Below are positions 20,274 to 29,370 of a stretch of 64,000 nucleotides of DNA, piece after piece; position 1 is the first letter of the stretch, and each line of letters begins with the position of its first letter. Below the pieces are notes generated by a model that did not search any database, was not told the DNA's origin, and saw nothing but the letters and a program-made list of their open reading frames with translations. The position numbers and the translations under genes were made by a program. Source of the DNA: Candidatus Woesebacteria bacterium UBA5073 (GTDB taxonomy: Bacteria; Patescibacteriota; Microgenomatia; UBA8517); the NCBI GenBank assembly GCA_002415845.1, contig DIAR01000010.1, forward strand, positions 12,920 to 76,919, written 5' to 3'.

Positions 20274-22376
20274 TTAGTTTAGTTCCGGTCCTTGGTTTGT
20301 TTTGGCGGATGAGGCAAAGAAATCTTCCGCATTTTTAATCATCACTTCTCTGGGTTTTGAGCCTTCAGCCGGACCAACCACACCGGCCGATTGCAGCTGG
20401 TCAATTAACCTAGCGGCTCTGGCATAGCCGATGGAAAGTCTTCTTTGTAAAAGTGAGGCTGAAGCCCTTTCGTATTGGCAAACTTCCCGAACCGCATCTT
20501 TAAAGAAGGGATCAATATCGCCGACTATTCCGGGAACAGCAGCCATACCGGATTTGGTCATCGTCGTCACCTCTTCGGTATATTGCGGCATAACGCCCTG
20601 GTTTTTAAGGAAGGCCACCAGTCCCGAAACTTCCTTGTCGGAAACAAAAGCGCCCTGAATTCTGACCGGCTTGGCCTGTTCCGGCGGCAGGAAAAGCATA
20701 TCACCTTTGCCTAAAAGTTTCTCTGCCCCTTGGGTATCCAAAATAACCCGTGAGTCAACCTGGGATGAAACGGCAAAAGCGATTCGGCAAGGAATGTTGG
20801 CTTTAATTAAACCGGTAATGACATCAACCGAAGGCCTCTGTGTGGCCAAAATCATATGAATTCCCGTCGCCCGGCTCATCTGGGCAATCCTCGTGATGGC
20901 ATCCTCAACTTCAACCGGAGAGAAAAGCATAATATCGGCCAACTCATCAATGAATAAAACAATGTAAGGCAAGGCCTGAAAACCGGACATTTCGTTATAG
21001 CCGTCAATGTTTCTGGCTCCGGCTTGAGCAAAGAGTTTATAGCGTCTGTCCATTTCGGCCAGAATCCATCGAAGAGCCGAAATAACTTTTTCCGGTTCGA
21101 CAATAACCGGCGTCAATAAATGCGGAATACCGTTGTAACCGGTCAGTTCAACTCTTTTCGGATCAACCAAAATTAATTTCACTTCGGAAGGCGAAGCCCT
21201 AAAAAGAAAAGAGTTTAAGAAAGCATTAATACAGACTGACTTGCCGGAGCCGGTTTGACCGGCAATCAAAACATGGGGCATTTTCCCGATATCGGCCACC
21301 ACTGGTTTTCCGGAAACATCCAACCCCAAAGAAACGGCCAACTTGGAACGATTGTTCTTCATCACTTCCGACTCCATCATCTTTTTTAGAGGCACAAATT
21401 CCGGAGCCCTGTTTGGCAGTTCAATTCCAACCAGTGCCCGGCCGGGAATGGGGGCTTCAATTCTGATTGTTCCGGTCGGAGCGGCAAGAGCTAAAGCCAA
21501 ATCTCTTTCCAGGGAAGTAATTTTGGAAAGCTTGGTCCCGAGAGCCACTTCCAGGGCATATTGGGTAACGGCCGGACCAAGATTAACCTCAACCACCCTG
21601 GCCGTAATACCAAAACTCTCCAGTGTTTTTTCAATAATGGCGGCATTGCCTTTGATATCACCCCTGTCGGCTTTACCCGATTCAACATCACTTAAGATGT
21701 CCAAGGGTGGATACTTCCACACTTTATCTTCTCCCGGAACATTACTGACCAATTTGGCCTCTAAAGCTTCTACGGCCACACTTGGTTTTCCACCTGGTTT
21801 AGGAGCTTGGTTTGGATAATTACTGCCACCCGAGACTTTCATTCCGCCTTTGGGCAGAATTTTCCCAAATCTTGCATCGCCAACTGAGTACTTCTTGACC
21901 TGACCAAAAAGAGAAATAAAGAAATTAATTACCTGTTCAAAAGAAGTATTAAAAAGAACAATCAAGCCGACAATTGATGTCCCAAGAAAAATGATGAAAG
22001 CACCGAAACCGGTGACCATTGAGGCAATCCCTTCCCAAGCCATCCTACCCACATTACCGGCCCGACCTAAGGTTGCAATGGAAATGAAAAACAATAAACT
22101 ACCCACCACCACATTGGGCTGGCTTAGGGGAATCTTTATTTTGGAAAGCATGAAGGCAAAAGAAAGAAAAACAAACGGGAAAAAAATAGTGGCCCAAGAG
22201 AAATTGGCCATCAGCAAATCGTTTAATTTAATTAAAGCCAAGCCTTGACGGGAAAAGGAAATAATAACTAAAGCAGCCAGGGCAAAAAAGAAAATTTGGA
22301 CAATGGAAAAAATAGTCGACTTCTTAAGTTTTAAATTAAATGCTCGTTTAACTAATTTTCTTTTCTTTCTTTGCAT
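20274..22376 (-). CDS. ftsK: DNA translocase FtsK/SpoIIIE
   Basis: 700 aa. N-terminal TM helices, Walker A LIAGQTGSGKSV, Walker B FIDELAD, C-terminal gamma winged-helix domain. Confidence 0.92.
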   Translation of the reverse strand: MQRKKRKLVKRAFNLKLKKSTIFSIVQIFFFALAALVIISFSRQGLALIKLNDLLMANFSWATIFFPFVFLSFAFMLSKIKIPLSQPNVVVGSLLFFISIATLGRAGNVGRMAWEGIASMVTGFGAFIIFLGTSIVGLIVLFNTSFEQVINFFISLFGQVKKYSVGDARFGKILPKGGMKVSGGSNYPNQAPKPGGKPSVAVEALEAKLVSNVPGEDKVWKYPPLDILSDVESGKADRGDIKGNAAIIEKTLESFGITARVVEVNLGPAVTQYALEVALGTKLSKITSLERDLALALAAPTGTIRIEAPIPGRALVGIELPNRAPEFVPLKKMMESEVMKNNRSKLAVSLGLDVSGKPVVADIGKMPHVLIAGQTGSGKSVCINAFLNSFLFRASPSEVKLILVDPKRVELTGYNGIPHLLTPVIVEPEKVISALRWILAEMDRRYKLFAQAGARNIDGYNEMSGFQALPYIVLFIDELADIMLFSPVEVEDAITRIAQMSRATGIHMILATQRPSVDVITGLIKANIPCRIAFAVSSQVDSRVILDTQGAEKLLGKGDMLFLPPEQAKPVRIQGAFVSDKEVSGLVAFLKNQGVMPQYTEEVTTMTKSGMAAVPGIVGDIDPFFKDAVREVCQYERASASLLQRRLSIGYARAARLIDQLQSAGVVGPAEGSKPREVMIKNAEDFFASSAKTNQGPELN

Positions 22377-22432
22377 AGTAGTTACTACTTAAATTACATT
22401 ATAGCGAAGAAGAAAAAAAGTAGATAGAGAAA

Positions 22433-24088
22433 TTATATTTCTACTACCACAGGAAGCACCATCGGTCTTCTGCCGATTTCTTCATAGAAGTAGCGCTCCA
22501 GAAAGTCTGAAGTCATTTCTCGCAGCATCTTGGCGTCAAGTTTATTTCTTTTAACGATTCTTTCTTCAAGAAGTCTGGCTCCTCTTTCCAAGAAGCCCTT
22601 TCCTTTTTTCTCAAAAACAAAGCCCCGACTGATAATTTCCGGAGTATCAACTAATTTGCCGGCAAATTTATCCAGGTGAAGCATGACAATGGCTACCCCT
22701 TCATGGGCCAAAACCTGTCTGTCCCGAAGAACTACACTTCCCACATCACCAATTCCCAAACCGTCAACCAAAACATTTTTGACATGAATCCGGCCCGAGA
22801 TTTTAGCGCTTTTATTGGAAAACTCGATGATATCACCGGCTCCCGGTTCAAAAATATTCTGTTTGGGAGCTCCCATCCTTTGGGCGATACCGGAATAGGC
22901 ATGCATGTGTCTGACGGTTCCACCTATCGGAATGAAATACTTGGGTCGAACTAAGGCAAAAAGCATTTCAACGTCTTTTTCCGAACCGTGTCCCGAAACA
23001 TGCAAATCTTCCTGCATATCGTAGTAATGAACTTCAACATCCAAAGCAATCAGTTTATCCACCACCGCGTCAACATTGGTTTTTGATCCGGGTGGTGCAG
23101 GATCGGAAGAGAAAACAACAACATCGCCTGGCTCAACTGATAAAAACTGATGTTCGCCTATCGCAACCCTATAAAGAGCGCTTCCCGGTTGACCATAACT
23201 GCCGGAAATAATGTACATAATCCGATCCTTTGGTAATTTATTGGCTTCTTTTTGGGTAACGACCAAATCGGCGGGGTAGCTTAAATAGCCTAGGTTCTTG
23301 GCAATTTCGGCTTTCCTATCAATTGACCTTCCGACAAAAACGACTTTTCGTCCCAACTTCATGGCGACATTTAAGGCCTGCTTCATTCTGGAAATATTTG
23401 AGGAAATGGTCGTGAAGTAAACCTGTCCTTTGGCTCCCCTGACAATGGTTTCGATTCTTGATTCGATTTCTCTTTCGCTTTCGGTATAGCCGGGTGCGGT
23501 TGAACCAATACAATCGGAGGCCAAGGCCAGTGCTCCACCAGAAGCTAATTGTGCCAGTTTGGCTACATCAAACGGTCTACCGTCAACCGGCGTCCAGTCA
23601 AATTTATAATCCGGAACATGAAATAATCTGCCTTCAGGTGTATCAATCGCAAAACCAACGCCATCGGGAACCGAATGCGAAACCCTGAAAGGGGTAACTT
23701 TAAAGACACCAAAAGTTAGGGTGTCTTTCTCCGGATCAAAAACATTAATTTTGTTCTTCGGCCCCTCTTCATAATCGGCTAATTTATCTTCAATAAAGCC
23801 GGCCACCAGTTTAGTGGCATAAATCGGAGCATTTATTTCGGGTGGCAAAAAAGGAATGGCTCCCAAATGATCTTCATGAGCATGAGAAATAAGAATGGCT
23901 CTAATCTTGCTGGCGTTTTCCTTCAGGTAGGTAAAATCGGGAATAACCAAATCAACGCCGTACATTTCCGACTCCGGAAAGCCGACACCACAGTCAACGA
24001 CAATAATATCGTTCCCGTATTCATAGACATAAAGGTTTTCCGTAACGTTGGTTGTACCCGAAAGGGCAATTAATTTAAGTGAACTCAT
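22433..24088 (-). CDS. rnj: Ribonuclease J
   Basis: 551 aa. Metallo-beta-lactamase HAHEDH motif, beta-CASP and C-terminal domain. Confidence 0.9.
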   Translation of the reverse strand: MSSLKLIALSGTTNVTENLYVYEYGNDIIVVDCGVGFPESEMYGVDLVIPDFTYLKENASKIRAILISHAHEDHLGAIPFLPPEINAPIYATKLVAGFIEDKLADYEEGPKNKINVFDPEKDTLTFGVFKVTPFRVSHSVPDGVGFAIDTPEGRLFHVPDYKFDWTPVDGRPFDVAKLAQLASGGALALASDCIGSTAPGYTESEREIESRIETIVRGAKGQVYFTTISSNISRMKQALNVAMKLGRKVVFVGRSIDRKAEIAKNLGYLSYPADLVVTQKEANKLPKDRIMYIISGSYGQPGSALYRVAIGEHQFLSVEPGDVVVFSSDPAPPGSKTNVDAVVDKLIALDVEVHYYDMQEDLHVSGHGSEKDVEMLFALVRPKYFIPIGGTVRHMHAYSGIAQRMGAPKQNIFEPGAGDIIEFSNKSAKISGRIHVKNVLVDGLGIGDVGSVVLRDRQVLAHEGVAIVMLHLDKFAGKLVDTPEIISRGFVFEKKGKGFLERGARLLEERIVKRNKLDAKMLREMTSDFLERYFYEEIGRRPMVLPVVVEI

Positions 24089-24708
24089 ATAATTTCTAAC
24101 TGTTCTGTTTGTGTTGTTTTTTCTTTGTTTTCTTTAATTTCATTTAATAATTCCGGAATTTTTAAAAAGTCTTCTTTAATCTGAAGCATGACATCGTTTC
24201 TTCTTAAAGCGGCTGCCGGATGATACATTGGCAATACAACAATTTCTTTACCGTTTAATTGTATACGATGAACTTTACCGTGAACAGAGCTAATCTTTAC
24301 CCCCGGGATAAACTTGCCCATCGAAAACCGGCCCAAGGTCACAATAATTTTTGGATCAATAACACTAATCATTTCATCGATATACGGTTTGAAAGCGGCA
24401 ATCTCGGCATCTTCAGGATCTCTGTTTTCGGGCGGTCTGAAACAAACGACATTGGAAATGAAAACTTCCTTTCTCTCTAATTCAATTGAATGAAGTAACT
24501 TATCTAATAGTATCCCTGCGTTACCGACAAACGGTCGGCCCTTCTGATCTTCCCAGTAGCCTGGGCCTTCACCCAAAAAGAAAACTTTCGTCTCCGGATT
24601 ACCTTCACCAAAAACCATACAGGTTGCCGTTTTCCTTAAAGGCAATGTTTTATCCGCAGCCATTTTGGCTCTTAATTTAAGCAGTTGGTCTTTTTTCGTT
24701 GAATTCAT
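24085..24708 (-). CDS. Uracil-DNA glycosylase, family 4-like (apparently lacking the full Fe-S cysteine set)
   Basis: 207 aa. GEGPG motif A and HPAAAL motif B. Only two Cys residues where family 4 normally has four. Confidence 0.75.
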   Translation of the reverse strand: MNSTKKDQLLKLRAKMAADKTLPLRKTATCMVFGEGNPETKVFFLGEGPGYWEDQKGRPFVGNAGILLDKLLHSIELERKEVFISNVVCFRPPENRDPEDAEIAAFKPYIDEMISVIDPKIIVTLGRFSMGKFIPGVKISSVHGKVHRIQLNGKEIVVLPMYHPAAALRRNDVMLQIKEDFLKIPELLNEIKENKEKTTQTEQLEII

Positions 24709-24720
24709 TAAATAATTATT

Positions 24721-25767
24721 TTACTGGGGAAGGAAAGTTTTAACATTCTCCGGAGTTATTTTAAACGTTTTTCCTTTTCCTTCAACTATCATCATCGCCA
24801 CCTTTCGAACAATGCTATCAATCGTTCTCTCCAGAGTTCTGATACCGGCATCATAACCCAGAGGCCTCACAATATTGGTCCAAACGGTCTCATCAATCGT
24901 TAAAACATCAGGTGTAATTCCGGCCGTTTTAATGGCTTTAGGCAAAACATATTTTTGGCCAATAGTAATTTTTTCGATATCAGAATAAGAAGGCATCATG
25001 ATCGGTTCAAGTCTGTCCAGAACGGCCGTTGAGATGTTAGTCGTATTATTGGCCGTGGCGATAAACAAAGCGTTAGAAAGATCAAAAGGATAATCAATGT
25101 AATGGTCAACAAAACTGTGATTTTGTTCCGGATCCAAAAGCTCAACCAACACACCCATGATGGAAGCCCTACCTAAATCAGTTACTCGGTCAATTTCATC
25201 CAGAAGGATTACCGGGTTGGCACTTTGGGTTAATTTTAAGGCTTTGATAATTTTCCCCGGTTCGGCTTCGGAATGCATCCTTGATTGGCCTCTTAAATCC
25301 AATGGATCACCCATTCCGCCGAAAGGAATACGGGCAAACTTGCGGCCCAGGGCTTCGGCAATTGAATAGGCAATGGTTGTTTTACCGGTACCCACCAGTC
25401 CCACAAAACAAAGAATCGGCGCCCGGTAAATATCGGCACTCTCGCCTTTCTCCTGTTTTAATTTCATAACCGAAATATATTCCAGAATTCTCTCTTTAAT
25501 TTCGGATAAACCAAAATGGTGTGTATCCAAAATCTGTCTGGCGTTATTAAGATCAAGGTTGTCCTGGGTTTTGGCACTCCACGGCAGAGCCGTAATCCAA
25601 TCAATGTATTTTTCAATCCGGTCAAATTCCGGTAAAAAAGTGGGTGAGTCAGTTAACTTGGTTAATTGGGAAAGTCTCACTAAAACACTCTCAGTTAGCT
25701 TATCAGGAAGTTTGGCCTTTTTAATAGTTTCGGCCAATATATCAATATCTTTTGCGGCAGTATCCAT
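24721..25767 (-). CDS. Lon-like AAA+ ATPase module, with no N-terminal LON domain and no S16 protease domain
   Basis: 348 aa. Aligns by eye to the Lon AAA+ region: HHFGLSEIKERILEYISV, Walker A GLVGTGKTT, RGQSRMHSEAEPGKIIKAL, Walker B ILLDEIDRV, LLDPEQNHSFVDHYID, LDRLEPI sensor region. The ORF ends at the end of the AAA lid, before where the S16 KDGPSAG domain would start. Confidence 0.7.
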   Translation of the reverse strand: MDTAAKDIDILAETIKKAKLPDKLTESVLVRLSQLTKLTDSPTFLPEFDRIEKYIDWITALPWSAKTQDNLDLNNARQILDTHHFGLSEIKERILEYISVMKLKQEKGESADIYRAPILCFVGLVGTGKTTIAYSIAEALGRKFARIPFGGMGDPLDLRGQSRMHSEAEPGKIIKALKLTQSANPVILLDEIDRVTDLGRASIMGVLVELLDPEQNHSFVDHYIDYPFDLSNALFIATANNTTNISTAVLDRLEPIMMPSYSDIEKITIGQKYVLPKAIKTAGITPDVLTIDETVWTNIVRPLGYDAGIRTLERTIDSIVRKVAMMIVEGKGKTFKITPENVKTFLPQ

Positions 25768-25794
25768 AACAACTTAACTTTAACACTTTTGGGC

Positions 25795-28080
25795 TTATCT
25801 TGAGAAGTCTTTCTTCTTGTCGTCTAAAAATCGGCTCGTCGGGAAATGAGGACCAGACGATCTTCGATTATCACTTCCAAATCTTCGCTCGCCTCCGCCC
25901 CTGTCATATCTTCTGGGAGCACTTCCTCCTCGGCCAAAACTTTGACCGGGACGTTCATAATGTCTTTCTCCGCCACCGAAACCTCCACCTTGTTTTTTCT
26001 CTTTGTCGTGTGCCGGATCCATCAGCATGGAAAGATTAATTCTGCCCAAATCGTCGATTTCCTTAACCCTAACTTGAACTTTGTCCCCGATTTGCACAAC
26101 TTCGTTCGGATCTTTGACAAAATCTTCCTTCATGTCGGAAACATGAACCAAACCGTCTTTCCCTGGAAGGATTTCGACAAAGGCACCAAAAGGCTGAATT
26201 CTTTTAACTTCGCCCTCATAAATTTCTCCGGCGACAACTTCTTTAATCAAGCCTTCAACCATAGCAACGGCTTTATCAACCGAATCGCTATCCATTCCGG
26301 AGATGTTGGCGCTGCCGTCATCTTCAACTTCAACCTGGGCTCCTGATTCGGCAATAATCTTTTTAATCATCTTGCCACCCGGACCAATAACTTCACCGAT
26401 TTTTTCAACCGGGATCTTAACCACTTTAATCTTCGGGGCAAAGTTGGAAATCTTGGTTCTTGGTTCACCTAAGGTTTCGAGCATGAACTTTAAAATGGTT
26501 TCTCGGGCAACTTTTGCCTGACTAATAGCATCTTTCAAAATAGCCGGCGTTAGGTTTAAAGTTTTTACATCCAACTGCATGGCCGTGACACCTTTTTTGG
26601 TACCGGTAACTTTAAAGTCCATGTCACCCAAATGATCTTCCATACCGATAATATCGGAAAGGACAGCATACTTTTTCGGTGTGTCGATAATCAAACCCAT
26701 GGCAATTCCGGAAACCGGTGAGGTTATAGGAACTCCCGCATCCATTAAAGAAAGGGTTGAACCGCAGGTCGAAGCCATTGAGGTTGAACCGTTGGAACTC
26801 ATAACTTCAGAAACTACCCTAATCGTATAGGGGAATTTATCGGAAGTTGGAATAACCGGCTCCAAAGCACGTTCAGCCAAGGCACCATGTCCAATTTCTC
26901 GTCTTGAAGGCGATCCGACTCTGCCCGCTTCACCGGAGGAAAAAGGCGGCATGGCATAGTGATGAATATATCTTTTTGATTCTTCGCCTTCGGCCGATTC
27001 AATCAACTGTTCCATGGCCGGCGTACCCAAGGTGGTAATGGTTAAAACTTGAGTCTGACCTCTTTGAAAAATAGCACTACCGTGAGTTCTGGGTAAAATT
27101 CCAACCTGACCGAAAAGTTTTCTGATTTCGGTGTGTTTTCTGCCATCCGGTCTTTTTCCGGCCAAAATAAGTTCCCTAACCCGATCCCGCATAATGGCAT
27201 CAAAGGCACCGACAACCACTTCAGGTTTTGTCTCTTCCAACTCTTCAATTAAAGCTTTTTTGGCTTCGTTGTATTCAACCTGTTCACCCTCATGACCGGC
27301 CCAGTCTTTAATTAAATCGTCTAATTTTTCTCCAATCAACTTTTTAACTTTTGACTTTAGCTCGGTGGTTATTTCCTCTGCAGGCAAGACTTCCTTTTTC
27401 TTGCCAACTTCAGCAGCAAAATCATTGATAAACTTTAAAACTTTATCAGCTTCCTTCTTGGCAAATTCAATACCACCCAAAATATCCTTTTCCGGGACTT
27501 CATTGGCACCGGCTTCAATCATGACGACGGCTTTATCGGTTGCAGAAACAACCAAATCCATATCGGAGAAAGCCATTTCCGAAACTACAGGATTAACAAA
27601 ATAGGTTCCTTCTTTAAGACCGACTCTTAAAGTGGCTGTCGGACCCATCCAAGGAATATTCGAAACGGAAAGGGCGGCCGAAGCTGCAATGGCTGAGAGA
27701 ATCATCGGATCATTTTCAATATCAACCGATAAAACGGTGATAATGACCTGAACTTCTTTTTTGTAAGTTGAAGGGAAAAGGGGTCTAATCGTTCGATCAA
27801 TGAGTCTAGCCGATAAAATCTCGTCATCGGAAGGTCGGCCTTCTCTTTTAACCCAGCGGCTGCCTTTAATACGACCTCCCGCATAGAGTTTTTCCATGTA
27901 ATCAACGGTTAAAGGAAAGTAACCCAAATCAACTTTCAGAGGAGCTCCAACAACCGTAGCCAAGACAACGGTTTCACCATATCGAGCCAAAACGGCACCT
28001 GAGGCTTGTTCAGCTAATAGTCCTGTGGAGAGGGTTAATTTTCTGCCCCCTAATTCAATTTCTTTTTCGATTTTTTTCAT
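25795..28080 (-). CDS. pnp: Polyribonucleotide nucleotidyltransferase (PNPase) with Gly/Arg-rich C-terminal tail
   Basis: 761 aa. Two RNase PH domains, KH and S1 domains. C-terminal roughly 70 aa are low-complexity: GGGFGGGERHYERPGQSFGRGGSAPRRYDRGGGERRFGSDNRR. Confidence 0.95.
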   Translation of the reverse strand: MKKIEKEIELGGRKLTLSTGLLAEQASGAVLARYGETVVLATVVGAPLKVDLGYFPLTVDYMEKLYAGGRIKGSRWVKREGRPSDDEILSARLIDRTIRPLFPSTYKKEVQVIITVLSVDIENDPMILSAIAASAALSVSNIPWMGPTATLRVGLKEGTYFVNPVVSEMAFSDMDLVVSATDKAVVMIEAGANEVPEKDILGGIEFAKKEADKVLKFINDFAAEVGKKKEVLPAEEITTELKSKVKKLIGEKLDDLIKDWAGHEGEQVEYNEAKKALIEELEETKPEVVVGAFDAIMRDRVRELILAGKRPDGRKHTEIRKLFGQVGILPRTHGSAIFQRGQTQVLTITTLGTPAMEQLIESAEGEESKRYIHHYAMPPFSSGEAGRVGSPSRREIGHGALAERALEPVIPTSDKFPYTIRVVSEVMSSNGSTSMASTCGSTLSLMDAGVPITSPVSGIAMGLIIDTPKKYAVLSDIIGMEDHLGDMDFKVTGTKKGVTAMQLDVKTLNLTPAILKDAISQAKVARETILKFMLETLGEPRTKISNFAPKIKVVKIPVEKIGEVIGPGGKMIKKIIAESGAQVEVEDDGSANISGMDSDSVDKAVAMVEGLIKEVVAGEIYEGEVKRIQPFGAFVEILPGKDGLVHVSDMKEDFVKDPNEVVQIGDKVQVRVKEIDDLGRINLSMLMDPAHDKEKKQGGGFGGGERHYERPGQSFGRGGSAPRRYDRGGGERRFGSDNRRSSGPHFPTSRFLDDKKKDFSR

Positions 28081-28089
28081 CTAAAACTT

Positions 28090-28359
28090 TTATTTTTCTA
28101 ATTTCAAATCTTTAATGAGGTTCTTGTAGCGGTCCTCATCACGCTTTCGAAGATAACTTAACAGTCTTCTTCTTTTGGCTACCATACTCAAAAGTCCTCT
28201 TCTTGAATGAACATCTTTGGAGTGTTCTTTTAAGTGAGCAATGAGTTTGTCAATCTGGGCTGAAAGAAGGGCGATTTGTACTTCCGGAGAACCGGTGTCG
28301 CCTCTTTCCCGCGCATACTTTTTTATTAAGCCGATTTTTTCGTCACCTTTAAGTGCCAT
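28090..28359 (-). CDS. rpsO: 30S ribosomal protein S15
   Basis: 89 aa. [38 protein letters not shown] is the S15 sequence. Confidence 0.95.
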   Translation of the reverse strand: MALKGDEKIGLIKKYARERGDTGSPEVQIALLSAQIDKLIAHLKEHSKDVHSRRGLLSMVAKRRRLLSYLRKRDEDRYKNLIKDLKLEK

Positions 28360-28462
28360 AGCGTCATGTTTGACAAAGTAGATCTTTAAAAGGTTAAAGG
28401 ATAAACCTTGTCGACATCAGGGTGTATTCTAACATACCAAAACGGGAATTACAAAAGGCAAT

Positions 28463-29362
28463 TTAACTGACTGAGGTTCCCTTATAAATCTTGGGCTCCA
28501 GCCAATCCTTCGGAGCCGGCTTTGCATCTTCGGGTTCTTCCTGAATTGGTGCAGCCTGGCTAAAAACCGGCTGTTCAGGAACCGTTTTTTCAAAAACAGG
28601 TTTTTCACCGGGAATTGAACCCATCGGATAATTATCCCGGGAAATTCTTTCCGACAAAACTCTTCGCCCCCCGGCTTTCATTAAGTTGGCCATAGCAACA
28701 AAGGTTTCGGCCGTCACTTCAAAGCTTTTCAAGCCCCGGCTGCCCTCTTCAATTCCGGCAATCAGGTTGGTCGCAATATCCGCTCCCAGATCAAAATTAC
28801 CTTCAAAGATAAGGGCTGAGACAATCTCAGAAACCGACGCGGCGGGCCTGGCAAAAGAAAGAACATTTTCATTTCCGGTTAAAGCCAGGGCTTTCGTTCC
28901 AATATGTAAAATTTTGGCATCAGCCAAATCTTTACCAAGAATCGGAAAGTGGGAAGAATTGGCTCCACCAACCAAAATAATCGTATCGGCCGAAATACCC
29001 GAATAGGAAATATCGACCTGGTCTTTGGTTGGAGCCATAAAACCGCTTTTCGGAACAACCGTTAACTTAAACTCACCGTTCTCAATATCATAGCTGACCT
29101 TCTCAATATCGGCCGCTTTATAGCCGGCAAATTTCATGGTCATGTTTTTATTTCCCAAATCCTGGGTAATCTTATCAACCCCAACCAGGCGGTGAAACTC
29201 AACCAGCATGTCAGCCGGACAGGAAATGCTTGTTTCTTTTTTGGTTGAAAGGGAAAGATAAAGTCCCAACGCAGCCGCCACTTGGTCAAAATAAGGCTTG
29301 GTTGGGAGCATAACAAGAACAGAGTTGGAGGCATTTATGATCTGCGAGAATGAATTTTCCAT
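28463..29362 (-). CDS. Hypothetical protein in the infB-rpsO operon; possibly a degenerate DHH-family (NrnA/CnpB-like) protein
   Basis: 299 aa. Sits where rbfA, truB or a DHH phosphoesterase lie in other bacteria. N-terminal LVMLPTKPYFDQVAAALGLYLSL and central TIILVGGANSSH resemble DHH motifs I and II with the catalytic Asp/His positions substituted. This is a weak, by-eye assignment. Confidence 0.3.
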   Translation of the reverse strand: MENSFSQIINASNSVLVMLPTKPYFDQVAAALGLYLSLSTKKETSISCPADMLVEFHRLVGVDKITQDLGNKNMTMKFAGYKAADIEKVSYDIENGEFKLTVVPKSGFMAPTKDQVDISYSGISADTIILVGGANSSHFPILGKDLADAKILHIGTKALALTGNENVLSFARPAASVSEIVSALIFEGNFDLGADIATNLIAGIEEGSRGLKSFEVTAETFVAMANLMKAGGRRVLSERISRDNYPMGSIPGEKPVFEKTVPEQPVFSQAAPIQEEPEDAKPAPKDWLEPKIYKGTSVS

Positions 29363-29370
29363 GATTTGTC

